Positions 43,283-53,738 of a DNA stretch of 64,000 bases are shown here, in pieces (within the stretch, counting starts at the first letter, position 1; every line of letters starts with the position of its first letter). Location of the stretch: positions 1,952,001 through 2,016,000 of the forward strand of contig OY969585.1 of the NCBI GenBank assembly GCA_963701295.1, read 5' to 3'. A model generated the notes under the pieces. That model was given only the letters and a program-made list of their open reading frames with translations, made no database searches and was not told where the DNA came from. This DNA comes from Ignavibacteriota bacterium. Its GTDB lineage: Bacteria > Bacteroidota > Ignavibacteria > UBA10030. A program made the position numbers and the translations under genes.

Positions 43283-43513
43283 ATGAAGGCACATGATTTG
43301 CGACAACTCTCGGACGCAGAACTGCTGAAGAGAATTCAAGAGGAAGAAGAGAACCTGTCCCATCTAAGATTTCAGAAAGTCATTGGACAGTTAGAGAACC
43401 CGATGAAGTTAGGCCATGTTCGTAAGACTATTGCACGAATCAAAACGATTCTTCGCGATCGACAACTAAATCCATCAACCGAACAACCCGCGCAGGTTGA
43501 GCAACAAAAGTAA
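43283..43513 (+). CDS. rpmC: 50S ribosomal protein L29
   Basis: LRFQ...GQLENP, RKTIARIKT. Confidence 0.96.
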   Translation: MKAHDLRQLSDAELLKRIQEEEENLSHLRFQKVIGQLENPMKLGHVRKTIARIKTILRDRQLNPSTEQPAQVEQQK

Positions 43514-43519
43514 TGTGAG

Positions 43520-43804
43520 ATGAAGATGACAGAAGCACAAAAGGAAAATCTGAAACGCGCACGGCGCAAAGTTCGAATCGGCAAAGTGGTTAGTAATAAG
43601 ATGGCAAAGAGTATCATAGTTGCGGTTGAGCGACAGGTTGCACATGCGCTCTATAAGAAAATATTCCGGCTTACTACCAAGTTGATGGCGCATGACGAGA
43701 AACAAGAAGCTGGTATCGGAGATATAGTGAAAATTATGGAAACCCGCCCGATGAGCGCATGTAAGCGCTGGCGATTGGTGGAAATTATTCAAAAAGCGAA
43801 GTAG
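43520..43804 (+). CDS. rpsQ: 30S ribosomal protein S17
   Basis: [23 protein letters not shown]. Confidence 0.97.
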   Translation: MKMTEAQKENLKRARRKVRIGKVVSNKMAKSIIVAVERQVAHALYKKIFRLTTKLMAHDEKQEAGIGDIVKIMETRPMSACKRWRLVEIIQKAK

Positions 43805-43813
43805 GCGAAGACG

Positions 43814-44182
43814 ATGATCCAGGAAGAAACTAATTTAGTTGTTGCCGATAATTCGGGCGCAAAAAAAGTACGATGCATCCGCGTCCTCGGTGGCCACGAT
43901 AGGCGTTATGCCAGTGTTGGTGATCTCATTGTGGTGTCCGTGAAGAGTGCTATTCCCGGTGCTCCTGTAAAAAAAGGAGAGGTATCGCGCGCCGTTGTTG
44001 TACGAACGAAGAAGGAAATTCGACGTAAGGATGGTTCCTACATCCGCTTCGATGAAAATGCAGCTGTGTTGCTTAATGCCTTGGGCGAACCACGCGGAAC
44101 GCGTATCTTTGGTCCGGTTGCACGAGAATTACGTGAACGTCAATTTATGAAAATTATTTCCTTGGCACCTGAGGTGCTCTAA
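43814..44182 (+). CDS. rplN: 50S ribosomal protein L14
   Basis: [19 protein letters not shown]. Confidence 0.98.
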   Translation: MIQEETNLVVADNSGAKKVRCIRVLGGHDRRYASVGDLIVVSVKSAIPGAPVKKGEVSRAVVVRTKKEIRRKDGSYIRFDENAAVLLNALGEPRGTRIFGPVARELRERQFMKIISLAPEVL

Positions 44183-44187
44183 AAATT

Positions 44188-44523
44188 ATGGCGCAGAATC
44201 TCCACATACATAAGAATGATACAGTCCTCGTCGTTTCGGGCGCGTTCAGAAAAAAGCAAGGCAAAGTGCTGAAAGTGTTTCCTGATACACAACGGGTGAT
44301 TATCGAGAACGTCAATATTATCAAAAGGGCCACACGCCCTTCACAGAAGAATCCGCAGGGTGGGGTAGTTCAAAAAGAGGGAAGTATTCGTGCGTCAAAC
44401 GTGATGGCTATTTGTCCCAAGTGCAGTAAACCGACTCGTATTGGGCACAAACATGTGAAAGATGCAACGAGCGGCAAAAAGAAAACAATGAGAACTTGCA
44501 AACAATGCAATGAGATGTTCTAA
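44188..44523 (+). CDS. rplX: 50S ribosomal protein L24
   Basis: KOW motif, SNV; C-terminal CPKC...CKQC. Confidence 0.96.
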   Translation: MAQNLHIHKNDTVLVVSGAFRKKQGKVLKVFPDTQRVIIENVNIIKRATRPSQKNPQGGVVQKEGSIRASNVMAICPKCSKPTRIGHKHVKDATSGKKKTMRTCKQCNEMF

Positions 44524-44534
44524 GAGAGTAATTC

Positions 44535-45206
44535 ATGGCGAAAGAAACAACTCCTAAAAAGGAAAAAGTTACAAAGGCTGCTACCGAGTCCAAAGGCAAG
44601 AAAGAAGCAGGCGGACAGGAAAAAGGAGTGGCAGCTCGTCTGTTTGAGCGTTATCAAAAGGAAACAGTTCCATCAATGATGAAAAAGTTTCAGTACAAGA
44701 GCAAGATGCAAGTGCCACGGCTGGAAAAAATTTCTATCAACATTGGCGTTGGACAAGCGACACAGGATCCAAAATTGTTGGATGTTGCAGTACACGAATT
44801 GGAAGCTATTACCGGACAGAAGGTAGCGATCACAAAATCCAAGAAGGCGATTTCAAATTTCAAGTTGCGCGAGAATCTTCCCATTGGATGTCGCGTCACG
44901 TTACGCAGAGCTAAAATGTACGAGTTTTTAGATAGATTTGTCAGTGTCGCATTACCGCGTGTGCGTGATTTTCGCGGTGTTTCAGATAAATCGTTCGATG
45001 GTCATGGCAATTATACTGTTGGAGTCAAAGAACAGATTATTTTCCCGGAAATTGATGTAGACAAAGTAACACGGATCTCTGGAATGGACATTACGTTCGT
45101 CACGACTGCCAAGAACGACGTTGAAGCATATGAATTATTAAAAGAGCTTGGCATACCGTTTGTAAAGCGGCAAGAAGTTGTTCAACCCATAACCCAGAAC
45201 ACGTAA
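44535..45206 (+). CDS. rplE: 50S ribosomal protein L5 (charged N-terminal extension)
   Basis: [17 protein letters not shown]. Confidence 0.97.
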   Translation: MAKETTPKKEKVTKAATESKGKKEAGGQEKGVAARLFERYQKETVPSMMKKFQYKSKMQVPRLEKISINIGVGQATQDPKLLDVAVHELEAITGQKVAITKSKKAISNFKLRENLPIGCRVTLRRAKMYEFLDRFVSVALPRVRDFRGVSDKSFDGHGNYTVGVKEQIIFPEIDVDKVTRISGMDITFVTTAKNDVEAYELLKELGIPFVKRQEVVQPITQNT

Positions 45207-45221
45207 AGCAAAGGAGTTCGC

Positions 45222-45407
45222 TTGGCACGTTTAGCTATGCGAGTAAAGGCGAAGAGAACGCCAAAACACAAAGTATCACAACACAATCGTTGTAATATCT
45301 GTGGACGTCCGCGCAGTTATTATCGGAAGTTCGGCCTCTGCAGGATCTGTCTTCGTAAGCTCGCGCTTGAAGGCAAGATTCCAGGTGTTTGCAAGGCAAG
45401 TTGGTAA
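45222..45407 (+). CDS. rpsN: 30S ribosomal protein S14, type Z (zinc-binding)
   Basis: 61 aa, [18 protein letters not shown]. Confidence 0.97.
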   Translation: MARLAMRVKAKRTPKHKVSQHNRCNICGRPRSYYRKFGLCRICLRKLALEGKIPGVCKASW

Positions 45408-45432
45408 CACAATAAATTAGAGAGTTCAATCG

Positions 45433-45828
45433 ATGTCGAAAACTGATCCTATTGCCGATTATCTTACAAGAATCCGCAATGCAGCAAAAGCGAAACACCG
45501 TCGGGTAGATATTCCGTCCTCCAAATTGAAGAAGGCGATTTCTCAAATTCTTTTGGAGAAAAATTATATTTCTGGGTTCACAGTACTCGAGGATAAGAAG
45601 CAGAATGTCCTTCGGGTTAATCTCAAGTACTACAACGGAAAACCGGTCATCACCGGATTACGTCGAGTGAGCAAGCCGGGTATTCGATTATACTGCGGTT
45701 CCAATGAATTGCCTCGTGTACTCGGTGGCTTAGGTGTTGCGATCATCACCACATCGAGAGGTGTGATGACGGATGCACAGGCAAAGAGAGATAATGTTGG
45801 CGGCGAAATTCTTGCTTACATCTGGTAA
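45433..45828 (+). CDS. rpsH: 30S ribosomal protein S8
   Basis: DPIADYLTRIRNA, SKPG.R.Y. Confidence 0.98.
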   Translation: MSKTDPIADYLTRIRNAAKAKHRRVDIPSSKLKKAISQILLEKNYISGFTVLEDKKQNVLRVNLKYYNGKPVITGLRRVSKPGIRLYCGSNELPRVLGGLGVAIITTSRGVMTDAQAKRDNVGGEILAYIW

Positions 45829-45851
45829 GTTTTTGAAGAGGAGAGAATACA

Positions 45852-46400
45852 GTGTCACGTATTGGTAGAAAACCGGTTCAGATTCCTAAGGGTGTCACAG
45901 TCACTTTGAAGGATGGTGTCGTATCCATCAAGGGACCAAAAGGTGTCTTAGAGGAAAAAGTACATTTGGATGTCAGTGTCGAGGTGAAGGACCAGCAAAT
46001 CCTTCTTAATCGAAAGTCGGATGAAACGAAATATCGTGCATTGCACGGATTGTGGCGTGCACTGATTCAGAATATGATTACTGGTGTCACCGAAGGATTT
46101 TCCAGAAAGCTGGAAATCATCGGTGTCGGTTACCGTGCTGAAATGAAGGGGACACGATTGAATCTTCTCCTTGGTTACAGTCACCCGATTTTATTTGGAG
46201 CGCCGGAAGGAATTAAAATTGAAGCACCGACTCAAACAAGTATTCTCATAAGCGGTATCCACAAACAACTTGTTGGTTTGGTTGCGGCGAAGATACGTTC
46301 TTTCCGTCCGCCGGAGCCGTATAAAGGCAAGGGTATTAAATATGAAGGCGAATATATCCGTCGTAAAGCTGGTAAAGCAGCCGCTACGGCTGCGAAGTAG
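45852..46400 (+). CDS. rplF: 50S ribosomal protein L6
   Basis: MSRIGRKP, PEPYKGKG. Confidence 0.98.
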   Translation: MSRIGRKPVQIPKGVTVTLKDGVVSIKGPKGVLEEKVHLDVSVEVKDQQILLNRKSDETKYRALHGLWRALIQNMITGVTEGFSRKLEIIGVGYRAEMKGTRLNLLLGYSHPILFGAPEGIKIEAPTQTSILISGIHKQLVGLVAAKIRSFRPPEPYKGKGIKYEGEYIRRKAGKAAATAAK

Positions 46401-46433
46401 TAAGAAAGATTTTGAGGTAAGGAAGAAAGAATT

Positions 46434-46802
46434 ATGATTCGAAAGAACACAGTGGAACGCCTTGCAAAAAAGCAGGCGCGCATCCGAAAGAAAATCAAAG
46501 GCACGCCTGAGCGTCCTCGTTTGGTCGTCTTTCGTAGCGCTAAACATGCATATGCGCAGATCATTGACGACACAACTGGAAAAACGGTGTTATCAGTATC
46601 AACATTGTCAAAAGATCTTCGTGAGGATGTGAAGCAAGCGAAAACACCGATTGCGCGTTACAAGCTCATTGGCGTTGCAACGGCAAAAAAAGCGCTTGAA
46701 AAAAATATCAAAGAAGTGGTCTTTGACCGAAGCGGTTATCTGTATCATGGCCGTGTTAAAGCACTCGCGGATGGTGCTCGCGAAGGCGGACTGAAATTCT
46801 AA
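46434..46802 (+). CDS. rplR: 50S ribosomal protein L18
   Basis: RPRL.VFRS, FDR.GY.YHGRV. Confidence 0.98.
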   Translation: MIRKNTVERLAKKQARIRKKIKGTPERPRLVVFRSAKHAYAQIIDDTTGKTVLSVSTLSKDLREDVKQAKTPIARYKLIGVATAKKALEKNIKEVVFDRSGYLYHGRVKALADGAREGGLKF

Positions 46803-46825
46803 CTCCTCATACCCGTATGAAAAAT

Positions 46826-47326
46826 ATGCCAAAAGTTAAAGTAGGCGAATTCGAACTTAAAGAACGGTTAGTGAACGTTAACCGTGTAGCGAAAGTGGTT
46901 AAAGGTGGACGCCGCTTCAGCTTCAATGCCATCGTTGTCGTAGGCGATGGTAATGGTCACATTGGCGTTGGTCTCGGAAAGGCGAATGAAGTACAAGATG
47001 CAATTGCGAAAGGTACGGATGATGCAAAGAAGAGCCTCGTTTTTGTCCCTATTGTGAAGGGAACTATTCCACATTCGGTCATTGGAAAGTTTGGCGCAGG
47101 AAAAGTGATGCTCAAACCAGCAGCTCCCGGAACCGGTCTCATAGCCGGTGGCGGTGTCCGCGCTGTTCTAGAAATGGCAGGTGTGAAAGATGTGCTCACG
47201 AAGCAAATGGGTTCACCGAATTCCCACAATGTTGTTAAAGCAACTATGCAGGCACTTTTAAATCTTTCAGATGCTCGAATGATTGCTGAACGCCGTGGAA
47301 TAACATTTCAGGAACTGTTTCAATAA
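46826..47326 (+). CDS. rpsE: 30S ribosomal protein S5
   Basis: [23 protein letters not shown]. Start could be 46817 or 46826. Confidence 0.96.
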   Translation: MPKVKVGEFELKERLVNVNRVAKVVKGGRRFSFNAIVVVGDGNGHIGVGLGKANEVQDAIAKGTDDAKKSLVFVPIVKGTIPHSVIGKFGAGKVMLKPAAPGTGLIAGGGVRAVLEMAGVKDVLTKQMGSPNSHNVVKATMQALLNLSDARMIAERRGITFQELFQ

Positions 47327-47346
47327 ACTCTTAGTGAAGACATACT

Positions 47347-47538
47347 ATGTCGGAATCGAAGAAAATTAAAATCACACAGGTCAAGAGTATTGTTGACCAT
47401 CTCGAGAATGCTAAGCTTACCATCAAAGCACTGGGACTCGGCAGGCCGAATTATTTTGTTATTAAAAATGATACTCCGCAGATTCGTGGCATGATCAACA
47501 GAGTCCGGCATCTTGTCAAAGTGGAAGAGGTACAGTAA
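47347..47538 (+). CDS. rpmD: 50S ribosomal protein L30
   Basis: KITQVKS, ALGL, IRGMI..V.HLV. Confidence 0.96.
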   Translation: MSESKKIKITQVKSIVDHLENAKLTIKALGLGRPNYFVIKNDTPQIRGMINRVRHLVKVEEVQ

Positions 47539-48023
47539 TGGCGAAAGACATTCTTAGCAATTTAACGCCAGCGAAAGGTTCGCGGAGAAAGACAAAGCGA
47601 ATCGGCCGCGGTCAGGGTTCCGGGCACGGTGGAACAGCAACCAAGGGACACAAGGGTGCAAAATCCCGTTCGGGTCATAAGTTTAAGATGTGGTTTGAAG
47701 GTGGACAGATGCCGCTGACGCGACGCGTGCCGAAGTTCGGTTTCACACCGCGCAATCGTATCGAGATGCAAGTCGTGAATATTACAACACTAGGCATACT
47801 GGCTGAAAAAAAGAAATTTGCCGACGGCGTGGTGACGCCAGAAGTTCTTTTCAAGACTGGCACAACTGCAAAGAAAAATGTTCCAATAAAAATTCTTGGT
47901 AATGGCGAAATAAAAATAAAATTAGATGTCACTGCACATGCATTTAGTAAATCGGCGATTTCGAAAATCGAAGCCGCCGGAGGAAAAACCACAGTTCTTA
48001 CAAAGACAACCGCGAACTCATGA
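47538..48023 (+). CDS. rplO: 50S ribosomal protein L15
   Basis: GRGQGSG.G, FEGGQMPL.RR.PK.GF. Confidence 0.98.
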   Translation: MAKDILSNLTPAKGSRRKTKRIGRGQGSGHGGTATKGHKGAKSRSGHKFKMWFEGGQMPLTRRVPKFGFTPRNRIEMQVVNITTLGILAEKKKFADGVVTPEVLFKTGTTAKKNVPIKILGNGEIKIKLDVTAHAFSKSAISKIEAAGGKTTVLTKTTANS

Positions 48024-49357
48024 GTAAGCTGACTGACACCTTTACGAATATTTTTAAAATCCAGGAGTTGCGTGAGAGGCTGTTGTTCACAACGCTCTTG
48101 CTGATTATTGTCCGTATCGGCTCGCACATTACGCTGCCTGGCGTTGATGCAGTTCTCTTGGCAGACACGATCCGGAAATCGTCTGAGAATACTCTTTTTG
48201 GATTGTATGATCTTTTTGTCGGAGGTGCCTTTAGCAATGCGGCGATCTTTGCACTCGGTATTATGCCGTATATCAGTGCATCTATTGTCATTCAATTGCT
48301 CGGCGCGGTGGTTCCGTACTTCGCCAAGCTGCAAAAAGAAGGCGAGGAGGGACGCAAGAAAATTACGCAATACACTCGTTATGGTACCGTCGCTATATCG
48401 CTTATGCAGGCGAGTGGTGTGGTAGCAAAACTCATGAGCGTTGCTCCTGGCGGAAATCCTATTGTGCCAATAGGAGTCCGTGGGGCAGGATTCTATATGA
48501 GTACGATGATTATTCTTACTACCGGCACTATCTTTATGATGTGGCTGGGTGAGCAGATTACCGAGCGTGGCATCGGTAATGGAATCTCATTGATTATATT
48601 CATTGGTATCGTAGCGCGTTTCCCGCATGCTATTCTCAATGAAGCCCAGCTTGTTACAGGCGGTACACGAAACCTTATCGTTGAGTTAGTGATCTTTGTC
48701 CTTATGGGCTTCATTGTCGCAGGTGTTGTTCTTATTACGCAAGGTACTCGCCGTATTCCCGTACAATATGCGAAACGGGTTGTGGGAAGAAAAGTATACG
48801 GCGGTGTAACACAATACATTCCGCTGCGCGTAAACACAGCTGGTGTTATGCCGATCATTTTTGCTCAAGCGATCATGTTCGTTCCGCAGATTGTTTTCTC
48901 ATTCTTTCCGGAGAACGAGTTCGTGAATGAGTTGTCCAATAATTGGTTTGGTTATACTTCATGGACTTATTCCGTCATCTATGCGTTGATGATCGTTTTC
49001 TTCACCTATTTCTATACTGCTATTGCTTTCAATCCGAAAGATGTTGCAGATAATATGAAGAAACAGGGCGGATTTATTCCTGGCATTCGTCCCGGTACAC
49101 ATACAGCAGAATTCGTCGATAATATTTTAACAAAGATCACGCTTCCGGGTTCGATCGGACTGGCGATCATCGCTATTCTCCCAACGATGATGATTAAATT
49201 AGGTGTGACGCCGGGCTTTGCATCATTCTTTGGTGGAACAAGTTTACTTATTATGGTAGGTGTTGCACTGGATACATTGCAGCAAGTCGAGTCGCATTTA
49301 TTGATGCGTCACTATGATGGGTTTATGAAGAGTGGTAAGCTCAGAGGCAGACGGTAG
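48020..49357 (+). CDS. secY: Preprotein translocase SecY
   Basis: ALGIMPYISASI, GIGNGIS, GGTSLLI. Confidence 0.98.
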   Translation: MSKLTDTFTNIFKIQELRERLLFTTLLLIIVRIGSHITLPGVDAVLLADTIRKSSENTLFGLYDLFVGGAFSNAAIFALGIMPYISASIVIQLLGAVVPYFAKLQKEGEEGRKKITQYTRYGTVAISLMQASGVVAKLMSVAPGGNPIVPIGVRGAGFYMSTMIILTTGTIFMMWLGEQITERGIGNGISLIIFIGIVARFPHAILNEAQLVTGGTRNLIVELVIFVLMGFIVAGVVLITQGTRRIPVQYAKRVVGRKVYGGVTQYIPLRVNTAGVMPIIFAQAIMFVPQIVFSFFPENEFVNELSNNWFGYTSWTYSVIYALMIVFFTYFYTAIAFNPKDVADNMKKQGGFIPGIRPGTHTAEFVDNILTKITLPGSIGLAIIAILPTMMIKLGVTPGFASFFGGTSLLIMVGVALDTLQQVESHLLMRHYDGFMKSGKLRGRR

Positions 49358-49372
49358 GCCTCGTTATCTGCG

Positions 49373-50134
49373 ATGATTCCTCTGAAATCGATCGAAGAGA
49401 TTGAATTCATTCGTGAGAGTAGCCGAATCGTCGCCGATGTACTCAAGTTGGTGGGTGCACAAGTTCAACCGGGCATAACCACGCTGGAGCTTGACAAAGT
49501 TGCAGAAGACTTTATTCGCTCGATGGGCGGCGAGCCGGCGTTTAAAGGATATGGTTGGGATAAGAAGAATTTATTCCCGGCAACGCTTTGCACCTCGATA
49601 GATGCGGAAGTTGTGCATGGTATCCCGGGCAAACGAATGTTAAAAGATGGAGATTTATTGTCCATTGATGTTGGTGTGAAGAAGAATGGTTTTTATGGCG
49701 ATGGAGCATGTTCTTTTGGAATTGGAGAAGTATCAGAAGAGAAACAACGGCTGATGCGTGTAACACAAGAATCGCTTGCGAAAGGAATTGAACAAGCAGT
49801 CGCCGGCAAGAGAGTGCACGATGTTTCGAATGCGATTCAACATCATGTAGAAGCAAATGGGTTTTCAGTCGTCCGGGATTTAGTTGGACACGGAGTTGGT
49901 AGGAAGTTGCACGAAGAACCGTCTATTCCGAATTTTGGAGAATCGGGAACAGGTGTAGTGTTAAAAGATGGAATGACGCTTGCTATCGAACCAATGGTCA
50001 ATGCGGGAACGTGGCGGGTAAAAGTAGCAACAGATGGTTGGACCGTTTTGACAGTCGATGGGAAACCATCGGCGCATTTTGAACATACCATAGCGATTGT
50101 ACGCGGCAAGGCAGAGATACTTACCTTGTCCTAA
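49373..50134 (+). CDS. map: Methionine aminopeptidase type I
   Basis: VVHGIP, GHGVG..LHEEP, AIEPM, AHFEHT. Confidence 0.97.
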   Translation: MIPLKSIEEIEFIRESSRIVADVLKLVGAQVQPGITTLELDKVAEDFIRSMGGEPAFKGYGWDKKNLFPATLCTSIDAEVVHGIPGKRMLKDGDLLSIDVGVKKNGFYGDGACSFGIGEVSEEKQRLMRVTQESLAKGIEQAVAGKRVHDVSNAIQHHVEANGFSVVRDLVGHGVGRKLHEEPSIPNFGESGTGVVLKDGMTLAIEPMVNAGTWRVKVATDGWTVLTVDGKPSAHFEHTIAIVRGKAEILTLS

Positions 50135-50140
50135 AGAAGA

Positions 50141-50359
50141 ATGGCGAAGCAAGGACCGATCAAAGTTGACGGAGTAATTACCGATACGCTGCCGAACGCA
50201 ACGTTTCGTGTGAAACTCGATAACGGCGTGGAAATCTTTGCACATATCTCTGGAAAAATGCGAATGCATTACATCAAAATTCTCGTCGGAGATAGAGTAA
50301 CAGTGGAAATGTCGCCGTACGATTTATCTAAAGGTCGTATCACGTATCGATACAAATAG
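50141..50359 (+). CDS. infA: Translation initiation factor IF-1
   Basis: LPNA.F.V, SGKMR, SPYDL.KGRI. Confidence 0.98.
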   Translation: MAKQGPIKVDGVITDTLPNATFRVKLDNGVEIFAHISGKMRMHYIKILVGDRVTVEMSPYDLSKGRITYRYK

Positions 50360-50387
50360 AGATTCTTATGGGATTGAGGAGCAAAAC

Positions 50388-50501
50388 ATGAAGGTTCGGT
50401 CATCAGTGAAAAAAATGTGTGAGAACTGCAAGATTATTCGGCGCAAAGGTGTCATCCGGGTAATTTGTAAAAATCCAAAACACAAACAGCGGCAAGGATA
50501 A
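50388..50501 (+). CDS. rpmJ: 50S ribosomal protein L36 (absent from the ORF track)
   Basis: Hand translation [37 protein letters not shown]. Confidence 0.97.
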   Translation: MKVRSSVKKMCENCKIIRRKGVIRVICKNPKHKQRQG

Positions 50502-50516
50502 ACAAGGAGTAACGAC

Positions 50517-50900
50517 GTGGCTCGTATTGCTGGAGTTGATTTACCCAAAAATAAGCGTTCAGAAATTGGGCTTACCTATATATACGGTATCGGCCGCTCC
50601 GCAGCACTGGAGATTCTTGAAAAGGCAAAAGTCGATCGTGGAAAGCGGGTCGGCGATTTGAACGATGAAGAGGTAGCGGCGATTCGTTCTATCATTCAAT
50701 CAGACTTTAAGGTGGAAGGTGCTTTGCGGAGTGAATATCAACTTAACACCAAACGATTAATGGATATTGGCTGTTACCGCGGTTTGCGTCATCGCAAAGG
50801 ACTTCCAGTTCGTGGACAGAGAACACGTACCAACTCGCGCACGCGCAAAGGTAAAAGAAAGACGGTCGCCGGCAAGAAGAAAGCACTCGAGAAGAAGTAG
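50517..50900 (+). CDS. rpsM: 30S ribosomal protein S13
   Basis: [21 protein letters not shown]. Confidence 0.98.
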   Translation: MARIAGVDLPKNKRSEIGLTYIYGIGRSAALEILEKAKVDRGKRVGDLNDEEVAAIRSIIQSDFKVEGALRSEYQLNTKRLMDIGCYRGLRHRKGLPVRGQRTRTNSRTRKGKRKTVAGKKKALEKK

Positions 50901-50936
50901 TCAATTAGTTGAAAATCTTTTAGAAGGAAGATTGCA

Positions 50937-51332
50937 TTGGCAAAACAAACAGCACCAGTAACAAAAAAGAAAAAGAAAGTTCATGTCGATGTCAACGGGA
51001 AGGCGTTCATTAAGGCGACCTTCAATAATACTATCGTAACATTGACTGATACGTATGGTAATGTCATTGCATGGTCAACATCGGGCAAGAACGGATTCAA
51101 GGGATCACGCAAGAGCACTCCATTTGCTGCACAGGTTGCCGCAGAAGCAGCCGCGAAGGAAGCCCATGGTCTAGGACTTCGCCGTGTAGAAGTGTTTATC
51201 AAAGGGCCAGGTGGCGGACGTGAAGCAGCGGTTCGGTCTTTGCAAACAGCAGGACTTGAAGTCATGTTGATTCGAGATATTACACCGATTCCGCATAACG
51301 GATGCCGTCCACCAAAGCGTCGAAGAGTGTAA
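50937..51332 (+). CDS. rpsK: 30S ribosomal protein S11
   Basis: [18 protein letters not shown]. Confidence 0.98.
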   Translation: MAKQTAPVTKKKKKVHVDVNGKAFIKATFNNTIVTLTDTYGNVIAWSTSGKNGFKGSRKSTPFAAQVAAEAAAKEAHGLGLRRVEVFIKGPGGGREAAVRSLQTAGLEVMLIRDITPIPHNGCRPPKRRRV

Positions 51333-51418
51333 AACAATTGACGATTGTATGATTTCCGATTGAATGATAGTTTGATCGGAAATCGAAAATCGAAATTCGA
51401 AAATTATTAAGGAGATCT

Positions 51419-52048
51419 ATGGCAAGATACATTGATGCCAATTGCAAACTGTGCCGTCGAGAGAAGCAAAAGTTGTTTCTGAAAGGAACAAAGTGCTTGA
51501 CGGAAAAATGTCCTTTGGAAAAGAGGAATTATGCACCGGGTCAGCATGGGCAATCCCGGCGATCGCGGATTTCAGAGTATGGCGTACAATTACGTGAAAA
51601 ACAGAAAGTCCGTCGGATGTACGGAATTTTAGAAGCACAATTCCGAAATTATTTCCATCGAGCGTCTCAGCAATCTGGTCGAACCGGTGATGCGTTGGTG
51701 AAAATGCTGGAACGCCGGCTTGATAATGTAATCTATCGGTTAGGTTTTGCACCATCGCGTAAATCAGCACGGCAGTTAGTCGTTCACAGACATTTTGTAG
51801 TCAACAATCAGATCGTTGATATCCCATCGTTCCTTGTGAGCCCGGGTGATGTTATACAGGTGCGGGAACATGCGAAGAAACTTGCACTGATCCATGATGC
51901 AATGAAACGTGTGAAGGACGCTTCTATGCTGCCCTGGCTCAATATCGACAAAGCAACGATGACCGGTACGTTTCTAAATATTCCAGAACGCGCAGAAATT
52001 CCATTGAATGCAAATGAGCAACTGATTGTTGAGTTGTACTCGAAGTAA
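51419..52048 (+). CDS. rpsD: 30S ribosomal protein S4 (Cys zinc-finger form)
   Basis: CKLCRRE...KC...KC, LERRLDN, IVELYSK. Confidence 0.98.
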   Translation: MARYIDANCKLCRREKQKLFLKGTKCLTEKCPLEKRNYAPGQHGQSRRSRISEYGVQLREKQKVRRMYGILEAQFRNYFHRASQQSGRTGDALVKMLERRLDNVIYRLGFAPSRKSARQLVVHRHFVVNNQIVDIPSFLVSPGDVIQVREHAKKLALIHDAMKRVKDASMLPWLNIDKATMTGTFLNIPERAEIPLNANEQLIVELYSK

Positions 52049-52105
52049 TTGAACTATGAGCCAAGAACTATTATCCGCCTCGATGAACTCGGGAAAAGGA
52101 ACACT

Positions 52106-53089
52106 ATGAGTACTCTTCAAATACCTGAAAGAGTCGAACTGGAACAGTCGACATATTCCACCACGACAGGAAAATTTACACTTCAACCTTTAGAAAAGGG
52201 ATTTGGAGTGACGATGGGAAATTCGATGCGCCGTGTATTGTTATCATCATTACCGGGCACGGCAATTACCGCAATTCGTGTTGAAGGAATTCACCATGAA
52301 TTTTCTACGATCAAAGGGATGGTGGAAGATGTTGCGGATTTTATCTTGAACCTGAAACAGGTTCGTATCAAACCGATCAACAAGAAAGCGTCCAAGGTGA
52401 CGCTGCACGGAAAAGGTCCAGGCAAGTTGAAGGCTGGAGATATTCAGAAGGCTTCCACAGAAGTTGAAGTTATGAATCCGGATCACCATCTCGCTTCGCT
52501 CAATAAAGATGCGGATTTCGAAATCGAACTTCGTCTTGGACGTGGCAAGGGATATGTTCCTGCAGAGGAAAATAAATCGTCAGACCAACCATTAGGAACA
52601 ATAGCCATCGATTCGATCTTTACACCCATCACAAATGTGCGTTATACGGTTGAGCCGACGCGTGTGGGCGGGCAAACGGACTTCGAAAAACTCGTGCTTG
52701 AGATTGAAACTGATGGTTCGGTTACTCCGGAAGAAGCAGTCACGTACGCTGCAAAAATCTTGCGTGATCACTTGCAGCTCTTTATCAACTTCGGCGTGGA
52801 GCCGGAGGCGGAAAAAGCAGAGACAGAGCAGGAAGCAGAAGTCGGCAGAGTGCGCAAGATTCTTCGGTTGTCTGTAGATGAATTGGAATTATCGGTGCGT
52901 TCTCATAACTGTCTCCGTTCTGCTAATATCAAAACACTGGCAGATCTCGTGCACAGGAGTGAATCTGAATTATTGAAGTTCCGCAACTTTGGGCGTAAAT
53001 CGCTGGCAGAGCTTTCCGAAATCGTTGAACAGCATGGACTAACGTTTGGAATGGATGTGGACAAGTATTTGAAAGAAGGCAACGACTAA
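52106..53089 (+). CDS. rpoA: RNA polymerase alpha subunit
   Basis: PLEKGFG.T.GN..RR.LLS, LSVRS.NCL, NFGRKSL. Start moved to the ATG after AAGGA. Confidence 0.97.
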   Translation: MSTLQIPERVELEQSTYSTTTGKFTLQPLEKGFGVTMGNSMRRVLLSSLPGTAITAIRVEGIHHEFSTIKGMVEDVADFILNLKQVRIKPINKKASKVTLHGKGPGKLKAGDIQKASTEVEVMNPDHHLASLNKDADFEIELRLGRGKGYVPAEENKSSDQPLGTIAIDSIFTPITNVRYTVEPTRVGGQTDFEKLVLEIETDGSVTPEEAVTYAAKILRDHLQLFINFGVEPEAEKAETEQEAEVGRVRKILRLSVDELELSVRSHNCLRSANIKTLADLVHRSESELLKFRNFGRKSLAELSEIVEQHGLTFGMDVDKYLKEGND

Positions 53090-53110
53090 GTCGTAAAAGG
53101 AATGTGAAGT

Positions 53111-53671
53111 ATGCGTCATCAGAACTCAGGACGAAAACTCAATCGAACCGCAAGTCACCGCAAAGCAACGCTGGCGGCATTGTGCTCGGCATTGATTATG
53201 CACAAAAGAATCAAAACAACCGTTGCGAAGGCAAAAGAAACGCGAATGTTCGTAGAGAAGATTATTACTCGTGCGAAAAATGCAGTTGCGAATGAAACCA
53301 CACCTGACAAGAAGAATATTGCAGCACGGCGCGAAGTATTTGCGGCTCTTCGGAATAGGGAAGCGGTGTCGAGTTTGTTCAAAGATATCGCACCAAAAGT
53401 TGCCACGCGTCCCGGCGGCTATACACGTGTTGTGAAACTCGGCAGACGATTAGGCGATGGCGCTGAGCTTGCGGTGTTGGAGCTTGTCGATTTCAATGTC
53501 GGTCAAGATAAAGCGGCAGCGAAAGCAGCAAAAAAATCCACTTCTCGAAAGAAAAGTACAGTGAAGATAAAGAAGAGTAAGGATGCAGCAACTTCCGAAT
53601 CGGTTGAACAGAAGAAAGTACCAAGCGCATCTGAAACAAGTGTAGGATCACCCCCGATCGCAGGGTCGTAA
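53111..53671 (+). CDS. rplQ: 50S ribosomal protein L17 (long low-complexity C-terminal tail)
   Basis: MRH...RKL.R, RPGGYTR. Confidence 0.97.
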   Translation: MRHQNSGRKLNRTASHRKATLAALCSALIMHKRIKTTVAKAKETRMFVEKIITRAKNAVANETTPDKKNIAARREVFAALRNREAVSSLFKDIAPKVATRPGGYTRVVKLGRRLGDGAELAVLELVDFNVGQDKAAAKAAKKSTSRKKSTVKIKKSKDAATSESVEQKKVPSASETSVGSPPIAGS

Positions 53672-53681
53672 GAAAGTGGAA

Positions 53682-53720
53682 CAAGAAAGGATAGCAGACG
53701 GCTATCCTTTCTTGCTTCTA
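53682..53720 (+). terminator. Terminator-like hairpin at the end of the alpha operon
   Basis: 14-bp perfect stem CAAGAAAGGATAGC-agacg-GCTATCCTTTCTTG. Confidence 0.75.
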
Positions 53721-53738
53721 TAAGCATGGGAGAAACAT

